Shown here one piece after another: positions 25,373 through 27,295 of a stretch of DNA of 27,295 nt. The position numbers and the translations under genes were made by a program. The DNA is from Gemmatimonadota bacterium (GTDB lineage: Bacteria; Latescibacterota; UBA2968; UBA8231): contig JAYOYH010000015.1 of NCBI GenBank assembly GCA_038153405.1, positions 10,984 to 38,278 on the forward strand, written 5' to 3'. The stretch's first letter is position 1, and every line of letters starts with the position of its first letter. Under the pieces are notes generated by a model. The model was not told the origin of the DNA, ran no database searches, and saw only the letters and a list, made by a program, of their open reading frames with translations.

Positions 25373-25855
25373 CTACCATCGACCCAGGGCGTCTGACTCG
25401 ACGGACCCCGCGCGCTGTTGCTCGGCCCAGCCGCGCGTGATGCGTTCGGCGAGCACCTTAATCGTCATTTCCAACACGTGCACATAAAGCTTGGGGTTGC
25501 CGTTGACTAGGCTGCGCAGGGCGCGGCGCGTGAGGCAAAGAGCGGTCGAGGGCTCGACGGCTTGAAAACCGACAAAGCGCGGGCTGCCCGACAGACAGGC
25601 CATCTCGCCAAAGGATGCGCCGGGTAGCACTTCGCCGATGACCTGGTCTGTGCTATTTTTTACGTGTAGTTTGCCGCTGATCAGCACAAACATACTATCG
25701 CCGGCATCGCTGGGTTTCCAGATGACTTCGCCTTAGGCGAAAGAAGAACGCTGACAGAGGCGCACAATCGTGCGCGCATCTTCGCTGTCGAGGTTGCTAA
25801 AAAGTTCGAGTTTTTGAATTACTTTGACGAGCTGAAATTCGCTGCTGTTGACCAT
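25373..25855 (-). pseudogene. Cyclic-nucleotide-binding (CAP/Crp effector-type) domain protein interrupted by an in-frame TAA
   Basis: From ATG 25855 it reads MVNSSEFQLVKVIQKLELFSNLDSEDARTIVRLCQRSSFA*GEVIWKPSDAGDSMFVLISGKLHV...PGASFGEMACLSGSPR. The stop is codon 41 (25733-25735), and both sides match the cNMP fold in the same frame. Confidence 0.8.
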
Positions 25856-25985
25856 TGGGGGATCCCTAGATAAGCATGGTGAGTATCTATATAAAGTCGC
25901 CGCTGCGTGCCGTCAATGACCCAATACACAGCGCGTGCTGACGTCGATAGCTCATGGCGTTGCCAACGCCGCGCTGCGATTTTTC

Positions 25986-27107
25986 CTAGTGCGAATCCCC
26001 ATCAAATACGATCACGCCCCTGCGCGCGTCGCCGTTGAGCAGGTCGACGTAGGCGTCGTTGATCTGCGACAGGGCGTAGCGACCAGAAATGAGCTCGTCG
26101 AGTAGTAGCTGGCCCGAGCGGTAGAGCTCGAGTAGGCGCGGGAATTCGCGTCGCGTATTGCACGAGCCGTATAGCGAGCCGTAAATCCGCTTCTCGCGCA
26201 CGTGCAGATCGAGTCCTTCGTAGCGGGTGTGCGAGCCGCGCGGTGCCACGCCTACAACGACGAGTGCACCGCCAGGGCGAATCGATTTTAATGCTTGCTC
26301 CTGCACGCTGGGCAGACCGATGGCCTCAAAGGCGAAGTCGGCACCCCGCCCAGCCGTCAGCGCGCGGATCTGCTGCAGCACTTCTTCGCCGTTGTCGCTG
26401 CCGCTCAGGACGGTGTGCGTCGCGCCGAACTGGCGCGCAATGTCCATCTTAGCCTGAGCCGTGTCCACGGCGATAATGGGATAGGCGCCGCTTAGGCGCG
26501 CGCCCTGCAGCACGTTGAGGCCCACCCCCCCGCAGCCAAAGACCACAGCGCTGTCTCCGGGATGCATGTGCACGGTGTTGAGCGCGGCGCCCACACCGGT
26601 AGTCACCGCGCAGCTGAGCAGCGAGGCCACGTCGAGCGGTATATCGTCGGCGATGACGATGCAGGATTCCTCCGGGGCGATGGTGTATTCGGCAAAGGTG
26701 GAGACGGTGGAAAATTGGTGGACGACTTCGCCGTTTAAACGCAGGCGCGTCGTGCCGTCGCGCATCGTGCCGCCGCGCCGCCCTTCGACAAAGGTCTCGC
26801 AGAGGTTATGCTGCTGGCGACTGCAGTAAAAGCAGCGGTCGCAGGAGGGCGACCAGTTGAGAATGACGTGGTCTCCGCGCCGCACGCTGCGCACATCGCG
26901 GCCCACTTCTTCGACGATACCAGCCCCCTCGTGGCCGAGGACCACGGGGAACGGACGGCTGAGGTGGCCGGTGACCATGTGCCAATCGCTGTGACAGACG
27001 CCCGCTGCGACCAGCCGTACGCGCACTTCACCGGGCTCGGGTGGCAAGAGGTCGACTTCTTCGATTTGGAAGGGGCCTCCAGTCTTGTGCAAGACGGCTG
27101 CTTTCAT
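25986..27107 (-). CDS. Zn-dependent alcohol dehydrogenase (MDR superfamily, class III-like)
   Basis: The likely start is MKAAVL at 27107 with Shine-Dalgarno AAGGAG (373 aa). Motifs GVCHSD, GHEGAG, structural Zn site CDRCFYC...C and NAD-binding GCGGVG. Confidence 0.95.
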   Translation of the reverse strand: MKAAVLHKTGGPFQIEEVDLLPPEPGEVRVRLVAAGVCHSDWHMVTGHLSRPFPVVLGHEGAGIVEEVGRDVRSVRRGDHVILNWSPSCDRCFYCSRQQHNLCETFVEGRRGGTMRDGTTRLRLNGEVVHQFSTVSTFAEYTIAPEESCIVIADDIPLDVASLLSCAVTTGVGAALNTVHMHPGDSAVVFGCGGVGLNVLQGARLSGAYPIIAVDTAQAKMDIARQFGATHTVLSGSDNGEEVLQQIRALTAGRGADFAFEAIGLPSVQEQALKSIRPGGALVVVGVAPRGSHTRYEGLDLHVREKRIYGSLYGSCNTRREFPRLLELYRSGQLLLDELISGRYALSQINDAYVDLLNGDARRGVIVFDGDSH

Positions 27108-27295
27108 CGCAGAGCTCTCCTTTGGCGAGACGTCCGTCTGGGGCACTTGGGGTTGCACGGCCCCGGCGTCTGCTGCCATATTGTGGACGCGGGGGGCGGG
27201 GGGGGGGTGGGCCCGCCCCCCCCCCGGCGGGGGAATCAAAAAAAGGTCCGGGGCGAAAAACAAAAAAACGCCGGGGTTTGGAGCGCGCACGGGCG

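Noticed and set aside
20714..25374. Integron cassette array (co-oriented short orphan genes; attC-like CTAAC...GTTAGGT on the minus strand at 25311-25374)
   Set aside because: The inner L boxes of that site do not pair, I found no attC sites between the other ORFs, and no integrase is present.
27108..27295. 61-aa N-terminal extension of the alcohol dehydrogenase, and G/C/A homopolymer runs resembling a G-quadruplex or phase-variable tract
   Set aside because: The family-typical start MKAAVL has its own Shine-Dalgarno. The last ~105 nt are homopolymer-rich, as in low-quality read tails at contig ends, so they are probably artefact.

Overview
This 27.3 kb window looks like a defence/accessory island. 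The likely host is a Candidatus Latescibacterota-like (FCB group) bacterium, inferred only from the secreted proteins with dockerin-like EF-hand and FlgD-Ig/T9SS-type C-terminal domains. At left on the minus strand is the 5' part of a type 1 BREX operon: brxA-brxB-brxC-pglX. pglX is missing from the ORF track because it runs off the window, but I read it open from 3330 to 1. Divergent from it are two large, more AT-rich secreted multi-repeat proteins: an Ig/cadherin-repeat protein and an S8 subtilase. Next is a tightly coupled plus-strand cluster: an ADP-ribosylglycohydrolase fused to a CX5R phosphatase, abutting (0 nt gap) a SauUSI-like PLD-nuclease/SF2-helicase/DUF3427 gene, followed by a DUF4238 gene. 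This cluster is the best candidate for an undescribed system; I hypothesise a modification-erasing enzyme paired with a modification-dependent nuclease. Then come several small orphan ORFs, a HEPN-like remnant, a candidate three-way-junction RNA and a hairpin-dense convergent intergenic region. At right on the minus strand are a nonsense-interrupted cNMP-binding gene and a Zn-dependent alcohol dehydrogenase. The last ~105 nt look like low-quality sequence. Family calls come from motif recognition by eye; no database search was run.
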